From positions 61,345-125,344 of the forward strand of contig JAISEY010000003.1 of NCBI GenBank assembly GCA_031263865.1: a stretch of DNA of 64,000 nt, in the 5' to 3' direction. Below, one piece after another: positions 44,495-54,235 of the stretch. The notes under the pieces were generated by a model. It worked only from the letters and a program-made list of their open reading frames with translations, had not been told where the DNA came from and made no database searches. The position numbers were made by a program, and so were the translations under genes. This DNA comes from Endomicrobium sp. (GTDB taxonomy: Bacteria > Elusimicrobiota > Endomicrobiia > Endomicrobiales > Endomicrobiaceae). Numbering within the stretch: position 1 is the first letter of the stretch; each line of letters begins with the position of its first letter.

Positions 44495-45847
44495 GTGAAT
44501 TTTAATATTTCTAGTTTATGGAAAAAAGTTATAGATGATTTAAAAATATCAGTTCCAACAGAGACATATAATTTATGGATTTCTCCTTTAAATCCTTTAC
44601 ATTTAAAAAACAATATTTTTACATTAGAAGTTCCAAATATATATTTTTCTCAATGGATAATAACAAATCAACAAAAAAATATTGAACGTATTTTATCTGA
44701 TTTTTGCAAAGAACAAATAGTATTGGAATTAATACCTCAGCAAGATATTTCTTCTATAATAAAAAAAGTTGAAGATACTCCTGAACATGTATACCAACCA
44801 CAGATTATACAAAAAGATTGCATAAATCCAAAATATGTTTTTTCTGGATTTGTTATAGGAGCATCTAATAGATTTGCTCATGGATGTGCAGAGGCTGTTG
44901 CAAAAACACCTGGGAAACAATTCAATCCATTATTTATTTACAGTGGTGTTGGACTTGGCAAAACACATCTATTGCATGCAATAGGTAATTATATAAAAGA
45001 TAAATCTTTAAATTTAAAAGTTTTTTACGTTACATGTGAAAAATTTGTTACTGAATTTATAGAATCAATTCGTTTTGATAGAATTGCATCTTTTAAAAAT
45101 AAATATAGAAGTTTAGATTGTTTATTAATTGATGATATACAATTTTTAGTTGGCAAAGAAAGTTCTCAAGAAGAATTTTTTCATATGTTTAATAGTTTGT
45201 TTGATTTTAAAAAACAAGTTGTTATTTCTTCAGATAGGCCACCAAAAGAACTAGAAAATGTTGAAGAAAGACTTATTTCAAGGTTTGAATGGGGTATCAT
45301 AGCTGACATACAACCACCAGATTTAGAAACTAGAATTGCAATATTACGGAAAAAAGCTGAACAAGAAAAAATTAATATACCTGATGATGTTATTTTATAT
45401 ATAGCAACTCAAATTAAATCAAATATAAGACAACTCGAAGGATCTCTTTTGAGAGTTACAGCATTTTCTTTATTTACAGAAACTCCATTAAATGTTGATT
45501 CTACTAAAAAAATATTGCAGGATATAATAAAAACAGATACACTTTGTGAAAGAATAACAATAGAAAAAATACAAAAAATTGTTTCTGAAGAATTTAATAT
45601 TAATATCAGAGATATGAAATCAAAAAGAAGAACAGATGCGATAGCATTCCCACGTCAAATTGCAATGTATATATCTAGAACTATTACTGATGAATTTTCT
45701 ACAACTGAAATTGGATTTTCTTTTGGTGGTAGAGATCATTCAACGGTTATGCATGCGTGTAACAAAATAAAAGAGAAAATTAATAATGATCCTTATTTTA
45801 ATGCAAAAATAAATCAAGTTATTAATAGAATTCGAAATTTAGATTAA
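44495..45847 (+). CDS. dnaA: Chromosomal replication initiator DnaA
   Basis: NPLFIY.GVGLGKTHL, DDIQF, RL.SRF, GGRDHSTV; GTG start after GGAG. Confidence 0.98.
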   Translation: MNFNISSLWKKVIDDLKISVPTETYNLWISPLNPLHLKNNIFTLEVPNIYFSQWIITNQQKNIERILSDFCKEQIVLELIPQQDISSIIKKVEDTPEHVYQPQIIQKDCINPKYVFSGFVIGASNRFAHGCAEAVAKTPGKQFNPLFIYSGVGLGKTHLLHAIGNYIKDKSLNLKVFYVTCEKFVTEFIESIRFDRIASFKNKYRSLDCLLIDDIQFLVGKESSQEEFFHMFNSLFDFKKQVVISSDRPPKELENVEERLISRFEWGIIADIQPPDLETRIAILRKKAEQEKINIPDDVILYIATQIKSNIRQLEGSLLRVTAFSLFTETPLNVDSTKKILQDIIKTDTLCERITIEKIQKIVSEEFNINIRDMKSKRRTDAIAFPRQIAMYISRTITDEFSTTEIGFSFGGRDHSTVMHACNKIKEKINNDPYFNAKINQVINRIRNLD

Positions 45848-45854
45848 TTTATTT

Positions 45855-45929
45855 GCTGTCATCGTCTAGTGGTTTTAGGATATCGCTCTCTCAATGCGAA
45901 GATCACGGGTTCGAATCCCGTTGACAGCA
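45855..45929 (+). tRNA. tRNA-Glu(CTC)
   Basis: GCTGTCA acceptor stem, TCGTCTAGTGG..AGGA D-arm, loop CT-CTC-AA, GGTTCGAATCC. Confidence 0.88.
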
Positions 45930-45966
45930 TTTTCGTTTTAAAGTATCATAATTTGTACTTTTGTTT

Positions 45967-46041
45967 GCGCCCATAGCTTAATTTGGATAGAGCATTTGAC
46001 TACGAATCAAAAGGTTGGAGGTTCAATTCCTCCTGGGCGCG
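45967..46041 (+). tRNA. tRNA-Arg(ACG)
   Basis: GCGCCCA acceptor stem, TTTGA-CTACGAA-TCAAA, GGTTCAATTCC. Confidence 0.95.
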
Positions 46042-46079
46042 ATTTATATAATTTTGTTTATTATAATTAGGGGTTTATT

Positions 46080-46304
46080 ATGAGAGAAAAAATTGAAAAA
46101 ATATTAAAATCTATTAGGTTACGATTGCGTTCAGATGGTGGTGATATTGAATTAATAGATGTTGATGAGCGTTCTGGTATAGTAAAAGTAAAACTTACAG
46201 GTGCTTGTAGATCATGCAGTATGTCATCAGCAACAATGAAATATTATGTTGAAGATGAAATAAAAAAAAATATACCAGAAATAAAAAAAATTGAATCTAT
46301 TTAA
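46080..46304 (+). CDS. NifU-C/NfuA-like Fe-S carrier
   Basis: L..DGGDIEL..., V.L.GAC.SC.MS..T. Confidence 0.9.
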   Translation: MREKIEKILKSIRLRLRSDGGDIELIDVDERSGIVKVKLTGACRSCSMSSATMKYYVEDEIKKNIPEIKKIESI

Positions 46305-46336
46305 TTTTTGTTGAAAAATGATTTAGAGGATTTTAT

Positions 46337-47560
46337 ATGTCTGTAGTTGTTATGAAATTTGGAGGATCATCTCTTTCAAATTTATACAAGATGAGGCAGG
46401 TTGCTGACAAAATAATAAAAAAAAAAAAAGATGGGAATAAAATTATTGTTGTCGTTTCTGCTTTAGGAGATACAACTGATGATTTAATTAATCTAATTAA
46501 CAAAATAACATATGATCCTATTCCAAGAGAATTTGACACATTGCTTTCCACTGGAGAGATTGTTTCAGCATCGTTGCTATCAACAATGATCAATTCAATT
46601 GGCGAAAAGGCTATATCTCTAACTGGTTACCAAGCTGGGATAAAAACAAACAATGATTTTATGTATGCTAAAATAAAAGAAATTGATTCAACAAGAATAA
46701 AAGAATGTTTACTTAATAATATGATTGTTATTGTTACTGGATTCCAAGGTGTTAGTTTTGACAACAATGTTACTACGTTAGGTAGAGGTGGATCTGATTT
46801 AACAGCTGTTGTTTTAGCGGCAGCGTTAAAATCTGATTTTTGTGAAATATATTCTGATGTTGAAGGCGTTTACACTGTTGATCCAAATATTGTAAAAAAT
46901 GCAAAAAAGATAAATATTATATCTTATGATGAAATGATTGAAATGGCTAGTTCTGGAGCTCAAGTATTACAGACAAGAAGTGTTCTTGTTGCAAAAAAAT
47001 TTAATGTAAAAATATATGCAAAATGTAGTTTTAATAATAAAGAAGGAACAATTATATGTGACATATCAAAAAATAAAGAGGTGGGTATGGAATCTTCATT
47101 AATTACTGGGATAGCTTTTGATAAAGATCAAGTAAAAATTTCAATAATTGGATTGTTAAATATCGAAAGTTGTGTAACAAATCTTTTTGATAATTTTATT
47201 AACGATGGTATTTATATTGATATGTTAACATATTCTTCCATTAATACAGATATTAATAATACTATTTCATTTACTATTGATAAGCAATATTTTGTTAAAG
47301 CTAAATCAATAATTAATAATATGTTATGCAATAAAAATGTAAAAGATATATTTTATAATGACGATGTTTCAAAAATTTCAATAATTGGTATTGGAATAAA
47401 AAGCGATTATTCTATTGTTTCAAAAATTTTAAAAACTTTTTCAGATAACAAAGTTAACATACTAATGATTTATATAAGTGAAATAAAAATATCTATTGTT
47501 GTTGACAAAAAAAATGCAACAAAATCAATAAATGAATTACATTATATGTTCAAACTTTAA
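46337..47560 (+). CDS. lysC: Aspartokinase (alpha subunit)
   Basis: KFGGSS, TTLGRGGSD, DV.GVYT.DP, two ACT domains. Confidence 0.95.
   Translation: MSVVVMKFGGSSLSNLYKMRQVADKIIKKKKDGNKIIVVVSALGDTTDDLINLINKITYDPIPREFDTLLSTGEIVSASLLSTMINSIGEKAISLTGYQAGIKTNNDFMYAKIKEIDSTRIKECLLNNMIVIVTGFQGVSFDNNVTTLGRGGSDLTAVVLAAALKSDFCEIYSDVEGVYTVDPNIVKNAKKINIISYDEMIEMASSGAQVLQTRSVLVAKKFNVKIYAKCSFNNKEGTIICDISKNKEVGMESSLITGIAFDKDQVKISIIGLLNIESCVTNLFDNFINDGIYIDMLTYSSINTDINNTISFTIDKQYFVKAKSIINNMLCNKNVKDIFYNDDVSKISIIGIGIKSDYSIVSKILKTFSDNKVNILMIYISEIKISIVVDKKNATKSINELHYMFKL
47087..47560 (+). CDS. Putative in-frame aspartokinase beta subunit (internal start, Met251)
   Basis: AAGAGGTGGGT-ATG inside lysC, just before the ACT domains. 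Confidence 0.6.
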   Translation: MESSLITGIAFDKDQVKISIIGLLNIESCVTNLFDNFINDGIYIDMLTYSSINTDINNTISFTIDKQYFVKAKSIINNMLCNKNVKDIFYNDDVSKISIIGIGIKSDYSIVSKILKTFSDNKVNILMIYISEIKISIVVDKKNATKSINELHYMFKL

Positions 47561-47574
47561 AATATTTAAATTTT

Positions 47575-48882
47575 TTATTCTAATCTCATTATGTATATTA
47601 AGATTATTGAGCCACACAATATATAACGTCCCATCGGTATTAAAAATTTACTGATTTTTTTTGCACGTCCTGTTTGGATTTCTTTATATAATACATCTTT
47701 TGGAATTATCCAAAATGTAAAAATACTACTTCCAAGTGCACATAATGGTATTAAATGCAAAGAAAGCATATCAATAATTTTTGTTAAATTTCCGATTACA
47801 AACCATTTACATGTTAAACCAACTAATGTACATATAAGTATTATAGATGGGAATCTTGGTATTTGAAATTTATTTTGTAACATTTCAATTGCTACTTCAA
47901 CCATTCCTATTAATGAAGTAAGTGCTGCAAAAAAAACAGCAACAAAAAATATAAACATTAAAAATTGTCCAAATGGGATGTTTTTAAATATTTCAGGCAT
48001 AGTTATAAATAGAAGAGAAGGACCACTATTTAAATCTTTGTTAAATGCAAATACAGCAGGTATTATTAATAGAACTGATAATAAAGATGCTAATGTATCA
48101 AGTATTACTATGCTTTTTGCAGAAAATACTATATCTTGTGTTTTTTTTACATAAGATCCATATACTACCATTGTAGATCCTCTTATTGATAATGAATAAA
48201 ACACTTGTCCCAATGCAAACATCCATATTTTTGCATTAAATAAATTGTAATATTTTGTTGGATTAAAAAGATATTTATATCCATGTATTGCATTTGGGAG
48301 AAACATAACTCTTACAACCAAAATAAGCAAAAGTATAATAACACCAGGAATCATTATTTTACAACATTTTTCAATACCCTTTTCAACTCCTTTCATAACA
48401 GTAACAGCTGTTATTAACAAACTTATAATAATCCACAACATAACATTTGAATTACTTATAAAAGAGAAATATTGACTGCTGTTATTTGTATAAAATGCTG
48501 ATCCGCTTATTGATCCTAAAACAAAACGTATTACCCAAGCTACAACTAATATATATCCTATTGCTTGTATAAGAGCAACAAATACACATATTAATCCAAA
48601 GCCATAACCTAATGATTTATTTTTTTTTTTGTCTAATTCTAAGGCTTTTTCAAAAGCACCGATTGGACCAGAACTAGTAAGCCTTCCTATTGTTATTTCT
48701 CCTATTAAAGCAATTGACCCCAAAATAATAAGACATATCATATATGGTATTATAAAAATTGCCCCACCGAATTCTCCAACACGATAAGGGAATAACCATA
48801 TGTTCCCTAATCCTATTGCAGAACCTGCAGCTGCAAATATTAGCCCCCATTTTGATGAAAAATAATCATTTTTAGATTTCAT
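47575..48882 (-). CDS. Sodium-dependent (NSS/LeuT-family) amino acid transporter
   Basis: GSAIGLGNIW.FPY....GG..F, ALGQ.FYSLS, GP.L.F..MP..F, FAALTS. Confidence 0.93.
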   Translation of the reverse strand: MKSKNDYFSSKWGLIFAAAGSAIGLGNIWLFPYRVGEFGGAIFIIPYMICLIILGSIALIGEITIGRLTSSGPIGAFEKALELDKKKNKSLGYGFGLICVFVALIQAIGYILVVAWVIRFVLGSISGSAFYTNNSSQYFSFISNSNVMLWIIISLLITAVTVMKGVEKGIEKCCKIMIPGVIILLLILVVRVMFLPNAIHGYKYLFNPTKYYNLFNAKIWMFALGQVFYSLSIRGSTMVVYGSYVKKTQDIVFSAKSIVILDTLASLLSVLLIIPAVFAFNKDLNSGPSLLFITMPEIFKNIPFGQFLMFIFFVAVFFAALTSLIGMVEVAIEMLQNKFQIPRFPSIILICTLVGLTCKWFVIGNLTKIIDMLSLHLIPLCALGSSIFTFWIIPKDVLYKEIQTGRAKKISKFLIPMGRYILCGSIILIYIMRLE

Positions 48883-49106
48883 TTTATTTATTCTCCACTT
48901 TGTTGTAATTTTAATTGATATGTATAATCAAAAACTTCGAACGTTGTATCAGATGTTTATATATTTAGTTTTTTTATAGGTTAAATAAATACTAAAATAT
49001 TATACATAAATAATTTTTTAACAACAAATTATGTTTACATATTAATTATAAAAAGCTAATATATTTAAAACAACGTGTTTGTTTTATATGTTTGGATGTT
49101 TGTTGT

Positions 49107-49136
49107 TTGACAATATAATAAAAATTTAAGTACAAT
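49107..49136 (+). promoter_or_regulatory. Promoter of rpmH-rnpA-yidD-yidC
   Basis: TTGACA-18 nt-TACAAT. Confidence 0.7.
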
Positions 49137-49182
49137 TGAAAAAATTTGTAAATTTTTCTAATTAAATACATAAGGGTTTATA

Positions 49183-49317
49183 ATGAAAAGAACATTTCAG
49201 CCAAATAAAAATAGAAGAAAAAAAAAAATTGGATTTATTGCAAGAATGAGAACTCCTAGTGGTAGACGTATTTTAAGTTCTAGAAGAAGAAAGCATAGAG
49301 TAAAAATAAGTGCGTAA
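49183..49317 (+). CDS. rpmH: 50S ribosomal protein L34 (not in the ORF track)
   Basis: [44 protein letters not shown]. Confidence 0.98.
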   Translation: MKRTFQPNKNRRKKKIGFIARMRTPSGRRILSSRRRKHRVKISA

Positions 49318-49332
49318 AATGGTGGAAGTATT

Positions 49333-49719
49333 TTGTTTTTACACAATAAATATCATGTTTTTTTTTCATTTTGTAAATGTGAAAGATTGCATACTAATAA
49401 AGATTTTAAAAAAATTTTTGAAAATGGAAATGTTTTTGAAAATGAAAGTATGAAAATAATAATCTATAATAGAAATGATAGCTATATAGTTAGAAGGTTT
49501 GGTGTTATTGTTAAGAAAAAAATTGGTATTGCAGTTGATAGAAATAAAATTAAGAGAAAACTAAGAGAAATTTTTCGACTTAACAAACATATGCTTAAAC
49601 CTGGGATAGATTTGATATTTATTCCGAAATTTTTATCTTTATATTTAAAATATCTCGAATTAGAAAAAAGTGTTTTAACCTTAATTTATGAAGCAGGTTA
49701 TTTTATACGTATTTGGTAA
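49333..49719 (+). CDS. rnpA: RNase P protein component
   Basis: RFG..V.KK.G.AV.RNKIKR.LRE.FR. Confidence 0.95.
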   Translation: MFLHNKYHVFFSFCKCERLHTNKDFKKIFENGNVFENESMKIIIYNRNDSYIVRRFGVIVKKKIGIAVDRNKIKRKLREIFRLNKHMLKPGIDLIFIPKFLSLYLKYLELEKSVLTLIYEAGYFIRIW

Positions 49720-49936
49720 AATGAAAATTTATCTTTTTTTAATAAAATGTTATGTTTTTTCTACGAAATATATTCCACACAGATGTCGTTTTATACCGAC
49801 TTGTTCTATTTATGCTTATAAAGCGATAAAAATACATGGGATTATTAATGGACTATATTTTATTATGAAGAGACTTATTCGTTGCAACCCTTTTTGTTGT
49901 GGTGGAATTGATCATGTTCCTCATAAAAAAAAATAG
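49688..49936 (+). CDS. yidD: Membrane protein insertion efficiency factor
   Basis: CRF.PTCS.YA..AI..HG...G......RL.RCNPF..GG.D.VP. Confidence 0.93.
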   Translation: MKQVILYVFGKMKIYLFLIKCYVFSTKYIPHRCRFIPTCSIYAYKAIKIHGIINGLYFIMKRLIRCNPFCCGGIDHVPHKKK

Positions 49937-49966
49937 TTTTATATTTTATTTCAAGGTTATTAAATT

Positions 49967-51508
49967 ATGAAAAAAAACTATATTTTATTTATAGTTTCGT
50001 CAATTGTAGCAATTTTATTTTTTTATTTTTTTATTCCAGATAAGCAGATAAACAAAAATTCAAACAAGTATAAACACAATAATGATTCCGAATATATAGA
50101 TATATCTAATAATAAAAATAGTAATTATGATGTTGAATTACAACATGATGATGAGATTATTATTGAAAGTGATATATACAAAGCAATTTTTACAAGAAAA
50201 GGTGCTTCAATAATAAAATGGTCAATTAAAGAAAAAAATGGATCTTGGACAAACTTAGTTTTATCAAAATCATTGCCATTTATGTCTGTTTTTAGTGAAA
50301 AAGAATATAAGATAATTGGTTTATCTAAAGATTTAATATCTTTTGAATATACATCAGAAGATGGATGGAAAATAAAAAAAACGTATAATTTGTCAAATGG
50401 TTATATGCATAATTTAAATATTGCTATTGAAAAAAATACTGATGTTATAATGCCTCAGATTAAATTAAATTTTGGATCTGCATTATCAATTTATGATTTT
50501 GTTGAAAAAAAATCTTCTTATGAAACAAAAGTTATTGGTTATGATATTGAAAAAACAAAAAAAATAAAAAAATTTAAAAATTATTCTGATTTTGCAAGTT
50601 TTTATAAATGGATTGCAGTTGATAGCAGATATTTTATTGCTGCGATTATACCTGAACAACCTGAAGATTTTTATAAAATTGAATTGGTTAGAGAAAATAA
50701 GAAAATCATACAGAATGCAAATCTTAGTATTTTGATCCCTAATAATATTACAAAAAAAGAATATTCAATTAATTTTTATCTTGGTCCTAAGGATTACTTC
50801 TATCTAAAATCTTATAATTTAGAATTAGAAAAATCAATAGATTTTGGATATCTTGGATTTTTTGTAAGATTTATTCTTAAAACTTTAATTTTTTTCAATA
50901 GAATTATAGGTAATTATGGATGGTCTATAATAATTATTACTATTATTATACAAATTCTTGTTTTACCATTAACATTAAAAAGTTCTAAATCTATTTCTGA
51001 TATGAAACGTATACAACCTATTATAAAAAGTGTGCAAGAAAAATATAAAAACGATTCAAAGAGATTGCAAATTGAATTATTAAATATTTATAGATCTCAG
51101 AAGGTTAATCCTCTCGGTGGTTGTTTGCCAATGATTTTACAATTGCCAATTTTTTGGGCATTTTTTACTATGTTAAGAAATTCTTATGAAATAAGAAATG
51201 AGGGATGGATTTTATGGATAAAAGATCTATCTTTACCTGATAGATTTATACATTTAAGTTTTTTTGATTTTAATCTCTTGCCATTGTTGATGGGTATAGG
51301 TATGTTTTTTCAACAAAAAATGACTACATCTGCAATTTCTGATTCAACACAAAAAAGGATGCTATATATAATGCCAATTATATTTACAGTAATGTTTTGG
51401 TCATTCCCATCTGGACTTATAATATATTGGATAATTAATAACATATTTACAATATGTGAACAATATTTTATTTCTAAAAAAGAGTCTATAAAATTTAAAA
51501 AAATATAA
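49967..51508 (+). CDS. yidC: Membrane protein insertase
   Basis: GNYGWSII, NPLGGCLP..LQLPIF, WI.DLS.PD, PSGL..YW. Confidence 0.96.
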   Translation: MKKNYILFIVSSIVAILFFYFFIPDKQINKNSNKYKHNNDSEYIDISNNKNSNYDVELQHDDEIIIESDIYKAIFTRKGASIIKWSIKEKNGSWTNLVLSKSLPFMSVFSEKEYKIIGLSKDLISFEYTSEDGWKIKKTYNLSNGYMHNLNIAIEKNTDVIMPQIKLNFGSALSIYDFVEKKSSYETKVIGYDIEKTKKIKKFKNYSDFASFYKWIAVDSRYFIAAIIPEQPEDFYKIELVRENKKIIQNANLSILIPNNITKKEYSINFYLGPKDYFYLKSYNLELEKSIDFGYLGFFVRFILKTLIFFNRIIGNYGWSIIIITIIIQILVLPLTLKSSKSISDMKRIQPIIKSVQEKYKNDSKRLQIELLNIYRSQKVNPLGGCLPMILQLPIFWAFFTMLRNSYEIRNEGWILWIKDLSLPDRFIHLSFFDFNLLPLLMGIGMFFQQKMTTSAISDSTQKRMLYIMPIIFTVMFWSFPSGLIIYWIINNIFTICEQYFISKKESIKFKKI

Positions 51509-51542
51509 GAATGTAATTCTATAAATTGTTTTGTATTTAAAA

Positions 51543-51630
51543 GGAGAGATGGCCGAGTGGATTAAGGCGATAGTCTTGAAAACTATTATAGAACAAAATT
51601 CTATCGAGGGTTCGAATCCCTCTCTCTCCT
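51543..51630 (+). tRNA. tRNA-Ser(TGA)
   Basis: GGAGAGA acceptor stem, ATAGT-CTTGAAA-ACTAT, long variable arm, GGTTCGAATCC. Confidence 0.95.
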
Positions 51631-51724
51631 TAAAAAATTTTTGAGTATTATCATATTTTAATTAATGTGTTATAATGTATTGTATAGTTTTGTTATAGTT
51701 TAATTGTTATGGAGGTAGCAATAT

Positions 51725-52447
51725 ATGAGCAATCCACTTCTAAAAAATAATATTTTTAAATCTGAGCAAACAGAAAACAATGAAGTTATGACTATATCTG
51801 GTGTTATAAATAAAACTTTTATTTTATTAGGATTACTTTTTTATTCTTCAATATATTCATTAAATCATATTGATGTTTTTGTTCCGTTATTGCCTTATTT
51901 ATTAATTTTTTCTTTTGTTTTAGCAATGATTTTGATTTTTAAAAAAACAATTTCTATGTTTTTGTCTCCAATATATGCAATATGTGAAGGTTTAATTTTA
52001 GGAACAATTTCTTTGTTTTTTGAAAAAATGTATCCAGGTATTGTTTTTAATGGTATTGTAGTAACTATATGTAGTTTATTTTGTATGCTAGCAGCTTATA
52101 AAACTGGGATAATAAAAGTTACTCAAAGATTTAAAAGTGTTATGATGTTATCTATGTTTTCTATTTGTTTATTTTATATTGTAAGTTTATTGTTTAATAT
52201 ATTTGGATTTGAATTTTTTAGAAATATTCATAACAATTCTAATTTAAGTATAGTTTCAAGTATATTTATTTCTATTGTTGCATCTCTTAGTTTAATTATT
52301 GATTTTGATTTGATAGAACATAGTATAAAATATAAAGCTCATAAATATATGGAATGGTATTGTGCTTTTTCTTTAATTGTTACACTTATATGGCTTTATA
52401 TTGAAGTTATAAGGCTTTTATCTAAACTTTCTTCTAATAAAAATTAA
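51725..52447 (+). CDS. Bax inhibitor-1/YccA family membrane protein
   Basis: MT..G...KT, YA..EG..LG, YPGIV, DFD.IE, EWY.AF.L.VTL.WLY.E..RLL. Confidence 0.9.
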   Translation: MSNPLLKNNIFKSEQTENNEVMTISGVINKTFILLGLLFYSSIYSLNHIDVFVPLLPYLLIFSFVLAMILIFKKTISMFLSPIYAICEGLILGTISLFFEKMYPGIVFNGIVVTICSLFCMLAAYKTGIIKVTQRFKSVMMLSMFSICLFYIVSLLFNIFGFEFFRNIHNNSNLSIVSSIFISIVASLSLIIDFDLIEHSIKYKAHKYMEWYCAFSLIVTLIWLYIEVIRLLSKLSSNKN

Positions 52448-52491
52448 TGTTTTTTGTATTTTAGTTATTGATTTTACACAAATAAAAGAAT

Positions 52492-53247
52492 ATGAAAATA
52501 TCTTCGTGGAATGTTAATGGAATAAGATCTATATATAAAAAAAAATTTAGTAAATGGTTTTTTGATGAAAAAGCTGATATTGTATGTATACAAGAGACTA
52601 GAGCTAATGAAATACAATACCCTGAAGAACTAAAAAAAATTAATGGATATAATTTTTATTGTTCTTCTACTTATAAAAAAGGATATTCTGGTGTCGCTGT
52701 TTGGTCAAAAATTAGACCTGATTATGTTACTTCAGATATTTTTAATAAAAATTTTGATGATGAAGGCAGAATTTTAAAATTAGTTTTTAAAAATATTATT
52801 ATATTTAATATTTATTTCCCAAATGGCAGATTGTCATTAGATCGTCTTAAATATAAAATAAAATTTTATGATATGATTATAGAATATTTAAAAAAATATA
52901 ATAATAAAAATGTAATAGTTTGTGGTGATTATAATACTGCACATCTTCCTATAGATTTAGCTAGACCTAAACAAAATAAAATGGTATCTGGATTTATGAT
53001 TGAAGAAAGAGAAAAAATTAACAAACTTATTTCTATAGGATTTATTGATTCATTTAGATATTTTAATAAAATGCCAGAAAATTATACATGGTGGGATTAC
53101 AAAACTTTTGCGAGAAAAAGAAACATAGGTTGGAGGATAGATTATTTCTTTGTATCTATTAACTCTATTAATTTTTTAAGATCATCTTGTATAGAATCAG
53201 ATATATTTGGGTCAGATCATTGCCCTATATCTATAGATATTTTTTGA
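52492..53247 (+). CDS. xth: Exodeoxyribonuclease III / AP endonuclease
   Basis: SWNVNG, QET, GD.N.AH, YTWW, GWRIDY, SDHCP. Confidence 0.96.
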   Translation: MKISSWNVNGIRSIYKKKFSKWFFDEKADIVCIQETRANEIQYPEELKKINGYNFYCSSTYKKGYSGVAVWSKIRPDYVTSDIFNKNFDDEGRILKLVFKNIIIFNIYFPNGRLSLDRLKYKIKFYDMIIEYLKKYNNKNVIVCGDYNTAHLPIDLARPKQNKMVSGFMIEEREKINKLISIGFIDSFRYFNKMPENYTWWDYKTFARKRNIGWRIDYFFVSINSINFLRSSCIESDIFGSDHCPISIDIF

Positions 53248-53294
53248 AATAGATTTTTATATTTTATTGAAAATTACTTGTATTGGATATTAAT

Positions 53295-54215
53295 ATGTTA
53301 TTGAATCATAAGGATTTGCTTAGCATTGAACATTTAAGTAAAGATGATCTATACACAATTCTTAAAATTACTAAACATTTTAAAGATACTTCTATCAAAT
53401 CTTTTAAAAAAAATGATCTATTATATGGTAAAACAGTTGCAAATCTTTTTTGCGAGCCGTCTACAAGAACAAAAACATCGTTTGAAATTGCTGCTAAAAA
53501 ACTTTCTGCTGATGTCGTTAACATAGATGTAAATACTTCAAGTATTTTAAAAGGAGAAAGTCTTATAGATACAGGAAAAACTTTAGAAGCTATGAATATA
53601 AATTATATTGTTGTTAGACATTTTTTTTCTGGAGCTCCTGATATTCTTGCAAAAAATTTAAATATATCTATTATAAATGCTGGTGATGGATCTCATGAAC
53701 ATCCAACACAAGGATTGCTTGATTTATACACAATATATGAAAAAAAGAAAAGTTTTAAAGGATTGAAAATATTGCTTATTGGAGATATACTTCATTCAAG
53801 AGTTGCAAAATCAAATATATGGGCTTTAAAAAAGATGGATGCTAATGTATCTGTTGTTGGTCCACCAACACTTATTCCAAAAAATATAGTGGATTTAAAT
53901 GTTAAAGTTTATTATGATTTGTTTGAAGCTATAAAAGATGTTGACGTTGTAAATGTATTGAGGATTCAATTTGAACGACAAAAAGAAAACTTATTACCTT
54001 CTATTGAAGAATATATTGAATTTTACCAATTAACAAAAAAAAAATTAAATACTGCGAAATCAGATGTGTTAATTATGCATCCTGGACCTGTAAATAGAAA
54101 CATAGAAATATCTTCAGATGTTGTAGATAGTCCTAGTGCGTTGATTAATGAACAAGTTACTAATGGAATAGCTGTTAGAATGGCAGTTTTATCTTTATTA
54201 AAACAAAAATATTAA
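53295..54215 (+). CDS. pyrB: Aspartate carbamoyltransferase catalytic subunit
   Basis: EPSTRT, HPTQ, MHPGP. Confidence 0.97.
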   Translation: MLLNHKDLLSIEHLSKDDLYTILKITKHFKDTSIKSFKKNDLLYGKTVANLFCEPSTRTKTSFEIAAKKLSADVVNIDVNTSSILKGESLIDTGKTLEAMNINYIVVRHFFSGAPDILAKNLNISIINAGDGSHEHPTQGLLDLYTIYEKKKSFKGLKILLIGDILHSRVAKSNIWALKKMDANVSVVGPPTLIPKNIVDLNVKVYYDLFEAIKDVDVVNVLRIQFERQKENLLPSIEEYIEFYQLTKKKLNTAKSDVLIMHPGPVNRNIEISSDVVDSPSALINEQVTNGIAVRMAVLSLLKQKY

Positions 54216-54235
54216 TTAAAATTGTATTTTAAATT

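Noticed and set aside
48883-49106. Possible riboswitch or T-box in the NSS transporter leader
   Set aside because: No recognisable T-box, SAM, lysine or glycine motifs and no terminator hairpin; an Rfam search would be needed.
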